This document shows positions 33,849 to 43,291 of a DNA stretch of 64,000 bases, piece by piece. Below the pieces are notes generated by a model. The model saw only the letters and a list, made by a program, of their open reading frames with translations. It did not search any database and was not told where the DNA came from. The stretch spans positions 989 through 64,988 of the forward strand of contig CAZRXY010000014.1 of assembly GCA_964604155.1 (NCBI GenBank), in the 5' to 3' direction. The position numbers and the translations under genes are program-made. The DNA is from an uncultured Candidatus Cloacimonadota bacterium. GTDB taxonomy: Bacteria > Cloacimonadota > Cloacimonadia > Cloacimonadales > TCS61. Within the stretch, counting starts at the first letter, position 1, and every line of letters starts with the position of its first letter.

Positions 33849-34733
33849 CTATAAAATATTGATTTTTTTTAGCACTTCCGCCAAGGTTTCTCCTATCTTT
33901 GCCGGAGATAGAGCTACTGTAACATTGGCATCCCGCAAACACTGAATCTTTTCCTGAGCCGTTCCCCTGCTGCCGGCTATAATCGCACCGGCATGACCCA
34001 TCCGCTTGCCTTTGGGCGCAGTTCTTCCTGCTATGAAGGCTACTACAGGTTTGGTGATATTCTCTTTTATGTATCCCGCAGCCTGAATCTCCAAATCTCC
34101 TCCTATCTCACCTATCATCACTATTGCCTCGGTCTCCGAATCCTGCTCAAATAAATGCAGGATGTCTCTGAAATCTGTGCCAATTAGCGGGTCACCACCT
34201 ATCCCCACGGCAGTGGATATCCCAAAACCAGATTTAACAATCTGGTTGGCAGCTTCATAAGTGAGAGTGCCCGATTTTGAGATCAGTCCCACTTTACCCT
34301 TTTTAAAAATATTACCCGGCATAATTCCCATTTTGCATTCATCTGCCGTAATGATGCCCGGGCAATTAGGACCTATCAATACGCTGCCATTTGCCTTAGC
34401 ATATTTCTTGGCATAAATGATCTCTTTTACCGGAATCCCTTCAGTGATACAGACGATAATGGCTATGCCCGCATCGACCGCTTCCATTATGGCATCTGCC
34501 GCAAATCCAGGTGGCACAAATATCAATGAAGCCTCTGCCGCTGTGGCTCTCACCGCTTCCTGAACAGTATCAAAAACCGGCTTGCCCAAATGAGAGGTTC
34601 CACCTTTACCCGGGGTGACACCAGCTACTATTTTTGTGCCATACTCAAGACAGTTTGCTGAATGGAAAGTGCCTTCCTTGCCTGTGATGCCCTGTACTAT
34701 TACCCGCGTATCTTTATTTACCAGAATGCTCAT
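33849..34733 (-). CDS. sucD: Succinyl-CoA synthetase alpha subunit
   Basis: [33 protein letters not shown]. Confidence 0.97.
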   Translation of the reverse strand: MSILVNKDTRVIVQGITGKEGTFHSANCLEYGTKIVAGVTPGKGGTSHLGKPVFDTVQEAVRATAAEASLIFVPPGFAADAIMEAVDAGIAIIVCITEGIPVKEIIYAKKYAKANGSVLIGPNCPGIITADECKMGIMPGNIFKKGKVGLISKSGTLTYEAANQIVKSGFGISTAVGIGGDPLIGTDFRDILHLFEQDSETEAIVMIGEIGGDLEIQAAGYIKENITKPVVAFIAGRTAPKGKRMGHAGAIIAGSRGTAQEKIQCLRDANVTVALSPAKIGETLAEVLKKINIL

Positions 34734-35906
34734 CTAAATTTCTCCTTTGGCTGCCATAACTGCCTTTCTTGCCCCAGACTGCAAATCTTCAGCAATGATT
34801 ATGGTTTTGATTTTTGCCTTCTGTAATAATTGGGCAGCTTCTTCTGCATTAGTGCCATCCAGCCTCACAACCACCGGCTGCTCGATACCGATCTTCTGAG
34901 TGGCTTCCAGTATCCCCCCGGCTATACGATCACATCGCACAATCCCTCCAAAGATATTTACAAGTATGGCTTTCACATTCTTATCCCGCAAAATGATCTC
35001 AAATCCCCTTGCCACCGTCTCTGCACTGGCATTGCCACCTACATCCAGAAAATTTGCCGGCTCCCCACCCTCAAGCTTGATGATATCCATGGTGGACATT
35101 GCCAGTCCCGCTCCATTTACTATGCAGCCCACATTGCCCTCCAGCTTGATATAGCTTAAGCCATATCTTGATGCCTCCAGCTCTGCAGCCTCTTCTTCTT
35201 CTTCATCTCGCAACTCGCCAATCTCCGGATGTCTGAATAGCGCATTATCATCAAAATTCAGCTTGGCGTCCAAGGCAATAAAATCGTCATCTGCCATAAG
35301 TACCAGAGGATTGATCTCAATCAAGCTGGCATCCGTCTGCTGATAAACATTAAATAGAGCAGATATAAATCTACTGAAATTTTTCATTTGAACCGGGGTG
35401 AGCCGAAGCCCGAATCCCAGTTTTCTCAAATGGAAATTCCGTAACCCCGTAATAGGATCTATGGAAACTTTAATGATTTTTTCCGGTGAATTTTCCGCAA
35501 CTTCCTCAATATCTATTCCTCCCTCAGTGGATGCCATTATCACCGGCATCTCCAGCCGCCTGTCCAAAGCTATACCCAGATAGTATTCCTTGACGATGTC
35601 CACAGGCACCTGGATATAAAGCTTATTAACTCTTTTACCCGCTGACCCGGTTTGATTGGTCACCAGTACTTTCCCCAGCATTTCAGATGCAATTTTCGCC
35701 ACCTCGTCCAGCGAAGAAGCAAATTTTACACCACCGGCTTTTCCCCTGCCTCCCGCATGAATTTGCGCCTTCACTACCCAATTCTCGCCACCCAATTCCT
35801 TCGCCTTCTGAACAGCTTCAGATGACGAATCTGCCATGTGACCCCGTGTAACATTTACACTATAAGTCTGTAATAATTTCTTCGCTTGATATTCATGAAT
35901 ATTCAT
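34734..35906 (-). CDS. sucC: Succinyl-CoA synthetase beta subunit
   Basis: [41 protein letters not shown]. Confidence 0.97.
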   Translation of the reverse strand: MNIHEYQAKKLLQTYSVNVTRGHMADSSSEAVQKAKELGGENWVVKAQIHAGGRGKAGGVKFASSLDEVAKIASEMLGKVLVTNQTGSAGKRVNKLYIQVPVDIVKEYYLGIALDRRLEMPVIMASTEGGIDIEEVAENSPEKIIKVSIDPITGLRNFHLRKLGFGLRLTPVQMKNFSRFISALFNVYQQTDASLIEINPLVLMADDDFIALDAKLNFDDNALFRHPEIGELRDEEEEEAAELEASRYGLSYIKLEGNVGCIVNGAGLAMSTMDIIKLEGGEPANFLDVGGNASAETVARGFEIILRDKNVKAILVNIFGGIVRCDRIAGGILEATQKIGIEQPVVVRLDGTNAEEAAQLLQKAKIKTIIIAEDLQSGARKAVMAAKGEI

Positions 35907-35995
35907 TTTCTTTCCTTCTTTGAACTACTAATATCAATTTTAGAATTTTTTTGTATCAGTCAAGAATAAATTTCACTTAAACTGAAATATTATCC

Positions 35996-37093
35996 TTATA
36001 CTGTTATGTCTCTCACATATTCACCAATTGCCAGGCTGCACGTTAAACCCGGTGATTCTATGCCGCTAAGATTGATGAATCCGGGCAAACCCAGATCAAA
36101 CTCCTGCTTTATATGAAAATCTCTGAATTTTTCACCCTCGCCCTGCAGCTTTGCCCTTATTCCAGTGTCGTCAGCATGAAGAATTTCCACCTCTATCTTC
36201 AGATATTTTGATATGGCATCTATGAATTCCTTTCTGTGATCATCGGTCATACTGTAATCCAGCTTGTCTGTATAATAGGCATTAGGACCAAATCTAATTT
36301 CACCAGCCAGATTGAGAGTTAAATGTATTCCCAGATAACTGCCCGATGGATCAGGCAAAGGATATATCAGCCTGTCTATCTCAAATTTTTGAGTGGTTTT
36401 ATAATATTCCCCTTTGCACCAATGCAATTTAAGTCCCGCCGCCTCGGTATCTACACCCAATAGATTCAGCAATTGCTCGCTGTGCAAACCAGAACAATTT
36501 ATCAACCTCTCCACTAATAGCTCTTCTCCATCATCTAGCTGCACCAAATATCCTTCTTCAGTAAATTTTATATCTATCACCTCACGACTGAACATAATAA
36601 AGCCACCTCTGTTTTCAAATTCCTGCTTTAGTGACTTCATATAGGCGTGGGTATCCATGATCCCGGTTCCGGGTACATTCAAAGCCATAACCGCCTTCAC
36701 CTCAGGGATAATTCTCCGGCATTCTTCCGCCCCAATAATGCTAAGGTCCTCTACCCCACTTGCCAAGCCATTTTTATAAAGCTGATAAAGTGCCGGCAGC
36801 TCTTCTTTACTAGTAGCCACCACAAGCTTGCCACATCTTCTGTGAGATATTTTATGATCCGATAAATAATTATATAATAATTTCCTGCCCTTTGTACACA
36901 ATCTTGCTTTTAAACTACCAGGAGTATAATATATACCAGAATGGATCACTTCGCTATTTCTGCTGCTCGTGTGCCTGCCAAAACTATCTTCCTTTTCTAT
37001 TATCACTATATCATCAGCTATATCCAGTAATTTGCAGCCAACTGACAGCCCAATCACTCCGGCACCTATTACAAGGATTCTCACTCTCTCCAT
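35996..37093 (-). CDS. FAD-dependent oxidoreductase, L-2-hydroxyglutarate oxidase-like
   Basis: GAGVIG, TSSRNSEVIHSGIYY, KGEYY, LGIHLT, IESPGLT. Confidence 0.85.
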   Translation of the reverse strand: MERVRILVIGAGVIGLSVGCKLLDIADDIVIIEKEDSFGRHTSSRNSEVIHSGIYYTPGSLKARLCTKGRKLLYNYLSDHKISHRRCGKLVVATSKEELPALYQLYKNGLASGVEDLSIIGAEECRRIIPEVKAVMALNVPGTGIMDTHAYMKSLKQEFENRGGFIMFSREVIDIKFTEEGYLVQLDDGEELLVERLINCSGLHSEQLLNLLGVDTEAAGLKLHWCKGEYYKTTQKFEIDRLIYPLPDPSGSYLGIHLTLNLAGEIRFGPNAYYTDKLDYSMTDDHRKEFIDAISKYLKIEVEILHADDTGIRAKLQGEGEKFRDFHIKQEFDLGLPGFINLSGIESPGLTCSLAIGEYVRDITV

Positions 37094-37094
37094 C

Positions 37095-38087
37095 TCAATT
37101 CTCAGATAATACCTCAGGGTTTACCAGAACCGGCGGCATCTGCCCATCCAGGCAAGCTCGGGCACACTCCATCACCAGCTCTGCCATGCGAATACGGGTT
37201 TCCAGCGTGCCACTGCCCACATGAGGCAGAATAACTGCATTATCTAAAACCCTTAATTCCATTGGTACTTGTGGCTCGTTGTAATACACATCCAGCCCGG
37301 CAGCCGCAATCTGATTTTGCTGCAATGCCTTTATTAGTGCCATTTCATTGATTACCTTGCCTCGTGAAGTATTTATCAGAATTGCATTTTTCTTCATTTG
37401 TGCCAACTGGGGATCATCGATAAGATGATGCGTATCTTCATTATAGGGCACATGGAGCGATATAAAATCGCTGTCTTTGAGTAAGTCCGCCAGAGTACAA
37501 AATTCGGCAGATAGTTTCTGTTCCATATATTCGTCTTTACTTCTATTATAGTACTTTAGTCTCATGCCAAAACCCAGGGCTCTTCTTGCTACCGCTTTGC
37601 CAATCCTGCCGGCGCCCACGATTCCAAGAGTCTTGCCATAGATATCGTGCCCCAGCATCAGACAAGGTGCCCAACCCGTAAATTTTCCTGATCTGGTATA
37701 GCGATCTGCTTCCACGATTCGCCTCGCTACACAAAATATCAGTGCCCAGGCCAGGTCTGCTGTAGTCTCAGTTAATACGTCTGGTGTATTGCATACCGGT
37801 ATTCTTGCTCTGGTGGCTGCCTCTATATCTATATTATTATAGCCCACTGCATAATTACATATCCCCTTCAGGTTCGGGTTCAAGTTAATCAGTTCTCTAT
37901 CTATAGTATCTGCCAGCATTGTGATTATCAGATCGCAATGCTTTATTCCTTCCCTGATCTCGTCCGGATATAGATTCCTCGGCAAATCATTGCAGTGTAT
38001 CTCGTAAATCTCTTCCAATTTATTCATCACAGCTTCAGGTAACCGCCGTGTTATAAAAACTTTTGATTTCATCTTTCTTATCCTCAT
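37095..38087 (-). CDS. D-2-hydroxyacid dehydrogenase (glyoxylate reductase/D-glycerate dehydrogenase type)
   Basis: VGYNNID, NTPDVLTETTAD, GAGRIG, NTSRG, PHVGSGT. Confidence 0.9.
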   Translation of the reverse strand: MRIRKMKSKVFITRRLPEAVMNKLEEIYEIHCNDLPRNLYPDEIREGIKHCDLIITMLADTIDRELINLNPNLKGICNYAVGYNNIDIEAATRARIPVCNTPDVLTETTADLAWALIFCVARRIVEADRYTRSGKFTGWAPCLMLGHDIYGKTLGIVGAGRIGKAVARRALGFGMRLKYYNRSKDEYMEQKLSAEFCTLADLLKDSDFISLHVPYNEDTHHLIDDPQLAQMKKNAILINTSRGKVINEMALIKALQQNQIAAAGLDVYYNEPQVPMELRVLDNAVILPHVGSGTLETRIRMAELVMECARACLDGQMPPVLVNPEVLSEN

Positions 38088-39475
38088 CTTAAATTCTTTA
38101 TAAATTCATCTTTACCCATTATCATCATTCCTGCGCAAGGCAAACTTTTTCTCACTAATTTATCTATCCTCTCGGAAACCTCCCTGATCTCCCACTGGGC
38201 ATGGCTATCAGACCGTAATCTGGAAAAGTGATAAAGTTCTCGTAAATTTGATTGGAACAGCACCGGCATCCGATGCGAATTTGTCAAAATATAGCTGCCC
38301 AATCCCTGTTTCTTTTCCTCCATCTGATAAAAGAGCTTTTCCACTCTTCGCATCAATGGCTCTATGATCTCTCTGCCACCGATTTTCTCCAGTAAGGGAG
38401 GTATCACATAGCCATATCCTGGATGATAGCCAGTCCTTAATATGGTTGACATCCTGTGCCTTTTTAATTGGCCAAAACAGGATGAAGAAACTAATAAAGA
38501 AAAGGTGAAAGCTACCAGCTCAAATGACCGAGGCACTCTGTGCCAAGGTTGCATGTGCTCAAATATTGAACGAAATATTTTGTGTTTTTCAGATTCAGAA
38601 AGCTTTTTCACTTCCTCAAAAATTGTACCCACATCCCCCCCGCTACACTCAAACATCAGACCGGCAAGTATCCAGTTATCTGCTTCAGGTGTTATTTGCA
38701 GTAATCGCGTTTCAGTATTAAATTTATGGTCTGTCCTCTCGGGCAAAGCATATTTTATGCCCCGCTCAAATTCCTCACACTCTGTATAGCGAACCAGCGA
38801 AGGCGCAATTTTTACAGCTTCATAACGCAACCCGGTCTTTAGTTCCTGAGCCTCCTGCAAAGGGCTTCTATCTAAACGCTGCAAAAGTCTTTCCAGTGAT
38901 CTGGCATTGATCGTCATGCCAAACTGCGTCTCAGTAGCTAAAGAAAGCACATATCTGGCATCTTCTTTTGCCTTGCCACGTAATTCCCGCATTCCTCCCA
39001 CAAAGCCCTCACGTTTAAGATGATCTCTGCCCCGCTCATAAAGCATTCTATAGACCCTGTTCTGATCAGCTATTAGATCGCAAAATCCCTGCTCCAGATC
39101 ACTGCCGCATAGCTCCCCGGGTAACACAAAATCCCCATCCAGCGTAACATAACGCTGCGATTTCTCCGTAAATGATGCCAGCCGCGAACGCTGCACTTCC
39201 TCTACAAGTAAACGCGATATTCCCGTGATATCAAAATTGAATACTGCATGCTCAGCCACTGAGGCGTGACCCATTTCAAATATTATATTTTCATTGGAAG
39301 ACCGCGATCGTGCCACATCTTCCAACGCCTCCATTCGTAATTCACCCACACTTTTACTGCTGCGTGATATCCGGGCATAAGCTGCTGAAATCGTTTCCGG
39401 CGTAGCTCTTTTCTGATCCGGTAATTTTTGTATCTCTGTATAATCCAGATTGTATCCAGCTATCTCTATCTTCAT
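38084..39475 (-). CDS. thyX: FAD-dependent thymidylate synthase, long two-domain form
   Basis: GHASVAEH, RSRLASFTEKSQRY, second domain RHR, HAQWEIR. Confidence 0.85.
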   Translation of the reverse strand: MKIEIAGYNLDYTEIQKLPDQKRATPETISAAYARISRSSKSVGELRMEALEDVARSRSSNENIIFEMGHASVAEHAVFNFDITGISRLLVEEVQRSRLASFTEKSQRYVTLDGDFVLPGELCGSDLEQGFCDLIADQNRVYRMLYERGRDHLKREGFVGGMRELRGKAKEDARYVLSLATETQFGMTINARSLERLLQRLDRSPLQEAQELKTGLRYEAVKIAPSLVRYTECEEFERGIKYALPERTDHKFNTETRLLQITPEADNWILAGLMFECSGGDVGTIFEEVKKLSESEKHKIFRSIFEHMQPWHRVPRSFELVAFTFSLLVSSSCFGQLKRHRMSTILRTGYHPGYGYVIPPLLEKIGGREIIEPLMRRVEKLFYQMEEKKQGLGSYILTNSHRMPVLFQSNLRELYHFSRLRSDSHAQWEIREVSERIDKLVRKSLPCAGMMIMGKDEFIKNLR

Positions 39476-40287
39476 TTCTCTATCAGTCTGTCCATAATAT
39501 CTAATTGCTGGTTAACAATTTCTATACTGCTGGATGCACCAATTCTATTGGCTCCCGCCTTTACCATTGCCCTGGCTGCCTCCTCCGTGCGGATGCCTCC
39601 CGCAGCCTTAACCCCCAGCTTGGGTCCCACTACTTTACGCATCAATTTCACATCTGCCAAAACTGCCCCGCCGCTAGAAAAACCTGTAGAAGTTTTCACA
39701 AAATCTGCACCTGCCTTTTTTGCCAGCAGGCAGGCTATGATCTTTTCTTCTTCCGTGAGCAGGCACGCCTCTATTATCACCTTTAATAGTACCTTATGCT
39801 GCATACAAGTATCACTCACAATCGCAATATCCTGATACACTAAATCGTAATTGCCCGATTTTAGCTGTCCAATATTAATAACCATATCAATTTCTCTAGC
39901 TCCGTGTTCTATTGCCAGCCGGGTTTCAAAGGCTTTCATCACAGTGCTGTTTGCCCCCAAGGGAAAACCTGTCACACAACAAATAGTGATATCATTGAAT
40001 CTGCTATGGGCAAAATCTATCCAGCAGGGATTTAAACAAACACTGGCAAAATGATAATCTCGGGTTTCTTCGCAGACTTTTATAATATCTGATTCATCTG
40101 CCTCGGGCTTTAGCACTGTGTGATCTATCAAACCATTAAGCCTCCCCCCCGCATCACTTTTCAGATCAGGCATCTTGCTTCTGTCTATCACGCTTTCTAT
40201 GCTTATTCTATGTGCTCCGCCCGAACGCGTTGGAATTTCTTCCTCTATCCCGAATATTTTCCTGGCTATTCTTTCAATTTTATCCAT
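39472..40287 (-). CDS. deoC: Deoxyribose-phosphate aldolase
   Basis: IDHTVLKP, GFPLGA, EIDMVINIG, KTSTGF, KAAGGIR, RIGASS. Confidence 0.95.
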   Translation of the reverse strand: MDKIERIARKIFGIEEEIPTRSGGAHRISIESVIDRSKMPDLKSDAGGRLNGLIDHTVLKPEADESDIIKVCEETRDYHFASVCLNPCWIDFAHSRFNDITICCVTGFPLGANSTVMKAFETRLAIEHGAREIDMVINIGQLKSGNYDLVYQDIAIVSDTCMQHKVLLKVIIEACLLTEEEKIIACLLAKKAGADFVKTSTGFSSGGAVLADVKLMRKVVGPKLGVKAAGGIRTEEAARAMVKAGANRIGASSSIEIVNQQLDIMDRLIEK

Positions 40288-40326
40288 TTTCACCTCCCGA
40301 ATTAGTAGGGTACGCGGGTAAAAGAA

Positions 40327-41817
40327 CTAACGATTTGCCTTCTTAACCATCATTTTTATGGCGGCTGCCATCCCATCTCCCAGCTTGTCTGCTGTAAAAC
40401 GCCAGCGCCAGTTATGGTCTATTGTCCCAGGAGAATTAAATCTTGCCCTGTTATCCAACCCCAAATAATCCTGAAGCGGTGCCACCGCCAGCACTGCCTT
40501 GGAATCCAACGCAGCTTCTATAAGCTTCCATCCCACTTCCCAATCAGTAAAATTCAAGTAGGAAAGATAACTTCTCACATGGTTCTTCACATGCTCAGGC
40601 AGATTTTGATACCAGCCCACTGTAGTCTCATTATCATGAGTCCCAGTATATACTACGCAGTTCTCCTCGTAGTTATGAGGCAAATAGGGATTATCTTCAC
40701 CTTCACCAAAGGCAAATTGCAGTATCTTCATTCCCGGAAAATTAAAATCATCCCGCAGCTTTTCTACTGCAGGTGTCACAACTCCCAGATCCTCTGCAAT
40801 AATCGGCAATTTCCCCAGCTTCTGCTCAAGAGCATGAAATAACTTGTGGCTTGGTCCCGGTTGCCACTCGCCATACTGTGCAGTCTTAGCTCCATACGGA
40901 ACTGACCAGTAATGCTCAAATCCTAAAAAATGATCTATCCTGATGATATCCACAAATTTTAGTAAATTATGAAACCTCTCCAGCCACCATTCAAAATTCT
41001 CATTCTCATGTTCTAACCAGTTATAGAGCGGATTTCCCCATAACTGACCCGTCTCACTGAAATCATCCGGCGGACAACCCGCTACATGGATGGGCACTAA
41101 TTGAGCATCAAGCTCATAATAAGCCGGCTTAGACCACACATCCGCCGAATCAAGCGAGGGATATATGGGTATATCACCAATGATCATTATACCATTTTCA
41201 TTGGCATATTGCTTTAGTTTCTGCCATTGACTAAAAAATGTGTATTGCAGAAATTTGTGATATAAAATCTCTTCTGAAAGTTCCTTTTTTGCCTTAGCCA
41301 GGGATTCCGCCTCCCTTTCACGTAAACCCGGCTCCCAATCCTGCCAGGAACTGCCACCATTTGCATTCTTTATCGCCATAAATAAGGCATAATCTTCTAA
41401 CCACTTCTCTTCCTGATTTTCAAATTTATGAAATGATTGCGGTATCTTCCTACAGAAATTTCCGTATGCTATACGGAATATTTTTTCCTTATAAGCATGC
41501 ACCGCAGGAAAATCTACAAATTCCTCAATGAATAGCGGCACATCCTCTATATCTGACTTCTTGAGAAGCCTGCTTTTCACAAACAGTTCCAAATCTATAA
41601 ATAAAGAATTACCCGCAAACGACGAATACATGGCGTAGGGCGAATCTGCATATCCTGTAGGCCCTATAGGACATATCTGCCAGACCTTCTGTCCTGATTT
41701 CACCAGAAAATCTATGAAATCATACGCTTCCTTGCCTAATCCGCCTATCCCATATCTTCCAGGCAGAGAGGTTATATGAAGCAGTATCCCGCTACAACGC
41801 TCAAATTTTTCAGACAT
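40327..41817 (-). CDS. malQ: 4-alpha-glucanotransferase (GH77)
   Basis: GILLHITSLP, GCPPDDFSETGQLWGNP, RIDHF, AEDLG, YTGTHDN. Confidence 0.96.
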   Translation of the reverse strand: MSEKFERCSGILLHITSLPGRYGIGGLGKEAYDFIDFLVKSGQKVWQICPIGPTGYADSPYAMYSSFAGNSLFIDLELFVKSRLLKKSDIEDVPLFIEEFVDFPAVHAYKEKIFRIAYGNFCRKIPQSFHKFENQEEKWLEDYALFMAIKNANGGSSWQDWEPGLREREAESLAKAKKELSEEILYHKFLQYTFFSQWQKLKQYANENGIMIIGDIPIYPSLDSADVWSKPAYYELDAQLVPIHVAGCPPDDFSETGQLWGNPLYNWLEHENENFEWWLERFHNLLKFVDIIRIDHFLGFEHYWSVPYGAKTAQYGEWQPGPSHKLFHALEQKLGKLPIIAEDLGVVTPAVEKLRDDFNFPGMKILQFAFGEGEDNPYLPHNYEENCVVYTGTHDNETTVGWYQNLPEHVKNHVRSYLSYLNFTDWEVGWKLIEAALDSKAVLAVAPLQDYLGLDNRARFNSPGTIDHNWRWRFTADKLGDGMAAAIKMMVKKANR

Positions 41818-41973
41818 ATTTTCTCCTTATCTGCACCTTTTTATCACTTCCCATACTACCAGGGCAAATCTACTGCTTTACGGTTGCAGATTTACAGGCT
41901 ACCATTTTTTTGTAAATAAATAACTCTTTTTATTGACTGATTATCAATATCTCTCATCTAGTTATTCGAGGTT

Positions 41974-43065
41974 ATGTATATGAAAAATAGTCTGATCGAA
42001 ATAAAGGAGATCCTTATCTCCGATAATTCAGCCCACAATCTGATTGTGGGTTTTGATGGATTCATTGATGAGATCATTCACGTAGTGAATACTCGCTTTG
42101 ATGATAATAACTATACCCGTCTTGAGAATATTACCGATCTGGCACAAAAAATCTTGCTGGCTGCCGGACTGAGTACAAATATTGAACTTGTAACCAAAAT
42201 GACCAAAATCGGTGGAAATGGCGTTATCATGGCAAATGCTCTCGCTGCTGCTAACCAAAATGTCCATTATATCGGGGCAATTGGCTCCCCCGATATTCAT
42301 CCAGTTTTCTATGAATTCGCTCATAAATGCCAATCCATTACTTCTCTCTGCCAACCCGGACATACCGATGCCCTCGAATTTTTTGACGGTAAACTTATGC
42401 TGGGAAAACTCGCCTCTCTCTCTGAAATTAACTGGCAAAATCTGGTTGATAAAATGGGAATAGATAACCTCGGAAACCTCGTTAACGACTGCCGACTGAT
42501 TGCTCTCACAAATTGGACTATGCTTTCGGGTATGAATAGCCTTATCATTGGCTTTAGCGAACTGCTGGATAAATCCTCTGCCCATCCCTATATCTACATC
42601 GATCTGGCTGATCCCGCTAAACGTGATCATGATGATATTATGGAAGTGCTTTCACTCATCTCGCAGCTTGCCCAAAACTCAAAAGTGATTTTGGGTATGA
42701 ATGAAAAGGAATCTGCCCTGATTGCCAATTATCTTGCCATCTCAGAAAACGATATCGTTAAACGCGCTGAGGCTGTTAGAAGTCAACTTGACCTCCATAT
42801 CGCCGTCATTCATCCTGTGAAAGGTGCTGCCGCAGCAAGTGCCTCCCAAAAACTCTGGGTAGATGGCCCATATACCCTGTCTCCCCTTATCTCCACCGGC
42901 GCCGGTGATAATTTTAATGCCGGCTTCTGCCTGGGATTGCTCCTTGATATGTCTTTGCAAAACGCCCTCTATTGCGGAGTGTACACTTCAGGATACTACG
43001 TGCGAAACGCCACCTCACCTACCCACACCCAATTAATTGACTGGTTCACAGAAATTACTTCCTGA
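41974..43065 (+). CDS. PfkB family carbohydrate kinase-like protein
   Basis: GGNG near the N-terminus; STGAGDNFNAGF signature. Confidence 0.8.
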   Translation: MYMKNSLIEIKEILISDNSAHNLIVGFDGFIDEIIHVVNTRFDDNNYTRLENITDLAQKILLAAGLSTNIELVTKMTKIGGNGVIMANALAAANQNVHYIGAIGSPDIHPVFYEFAHKCQSITSLCQPGHTDALEFFDGKLMLGKLASLSEINWQNLVDKMGIDNLGNLVNDCRLIALTNWTMLSGMNSLIIGFSELLDKSSAHPYIYIDLADPAKRDHDDIMEVLSLISQLAQNSKVILGMNEKESALIANYLAISENDIVKRAEAVRSQLDLHIAVIHPVKGAAAASASQKLWVDGPYTLSPLISTGAGDNFNAGFCLGLLLDMSLQNALYCGVYTSGYYVRNATSPTHTQLIDWFTEITS

Positions 43066-43253
43066 TTTTTTCGCACCACCACCACACACCTCTCTCCTAA
43101 AACAAATAATAGCTCCCTTTCACCGGATAATGGATATTTTGCAGGAAACCCGGGCTAATAGAATATGAGGGCAGATAATTAAATTTGTATAATATTTATG
43201 AAATATGTTTGTGTTATGTGTAATATGCTGCGCCACGAGTTGTCAAATCGTGG

Positions 43254-43288
43254 TCACCCATCACCAATCACCAATCACCAATCACCAA
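43254..43288. repeat. Heptamer tandem repeat, five TCACC(A/C)A units
   Basis: Directly visible, 3 bp past the stop codon of the C10 peptidase. Confidence 0.9.
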
Positions 43289-43291
43289 TAA

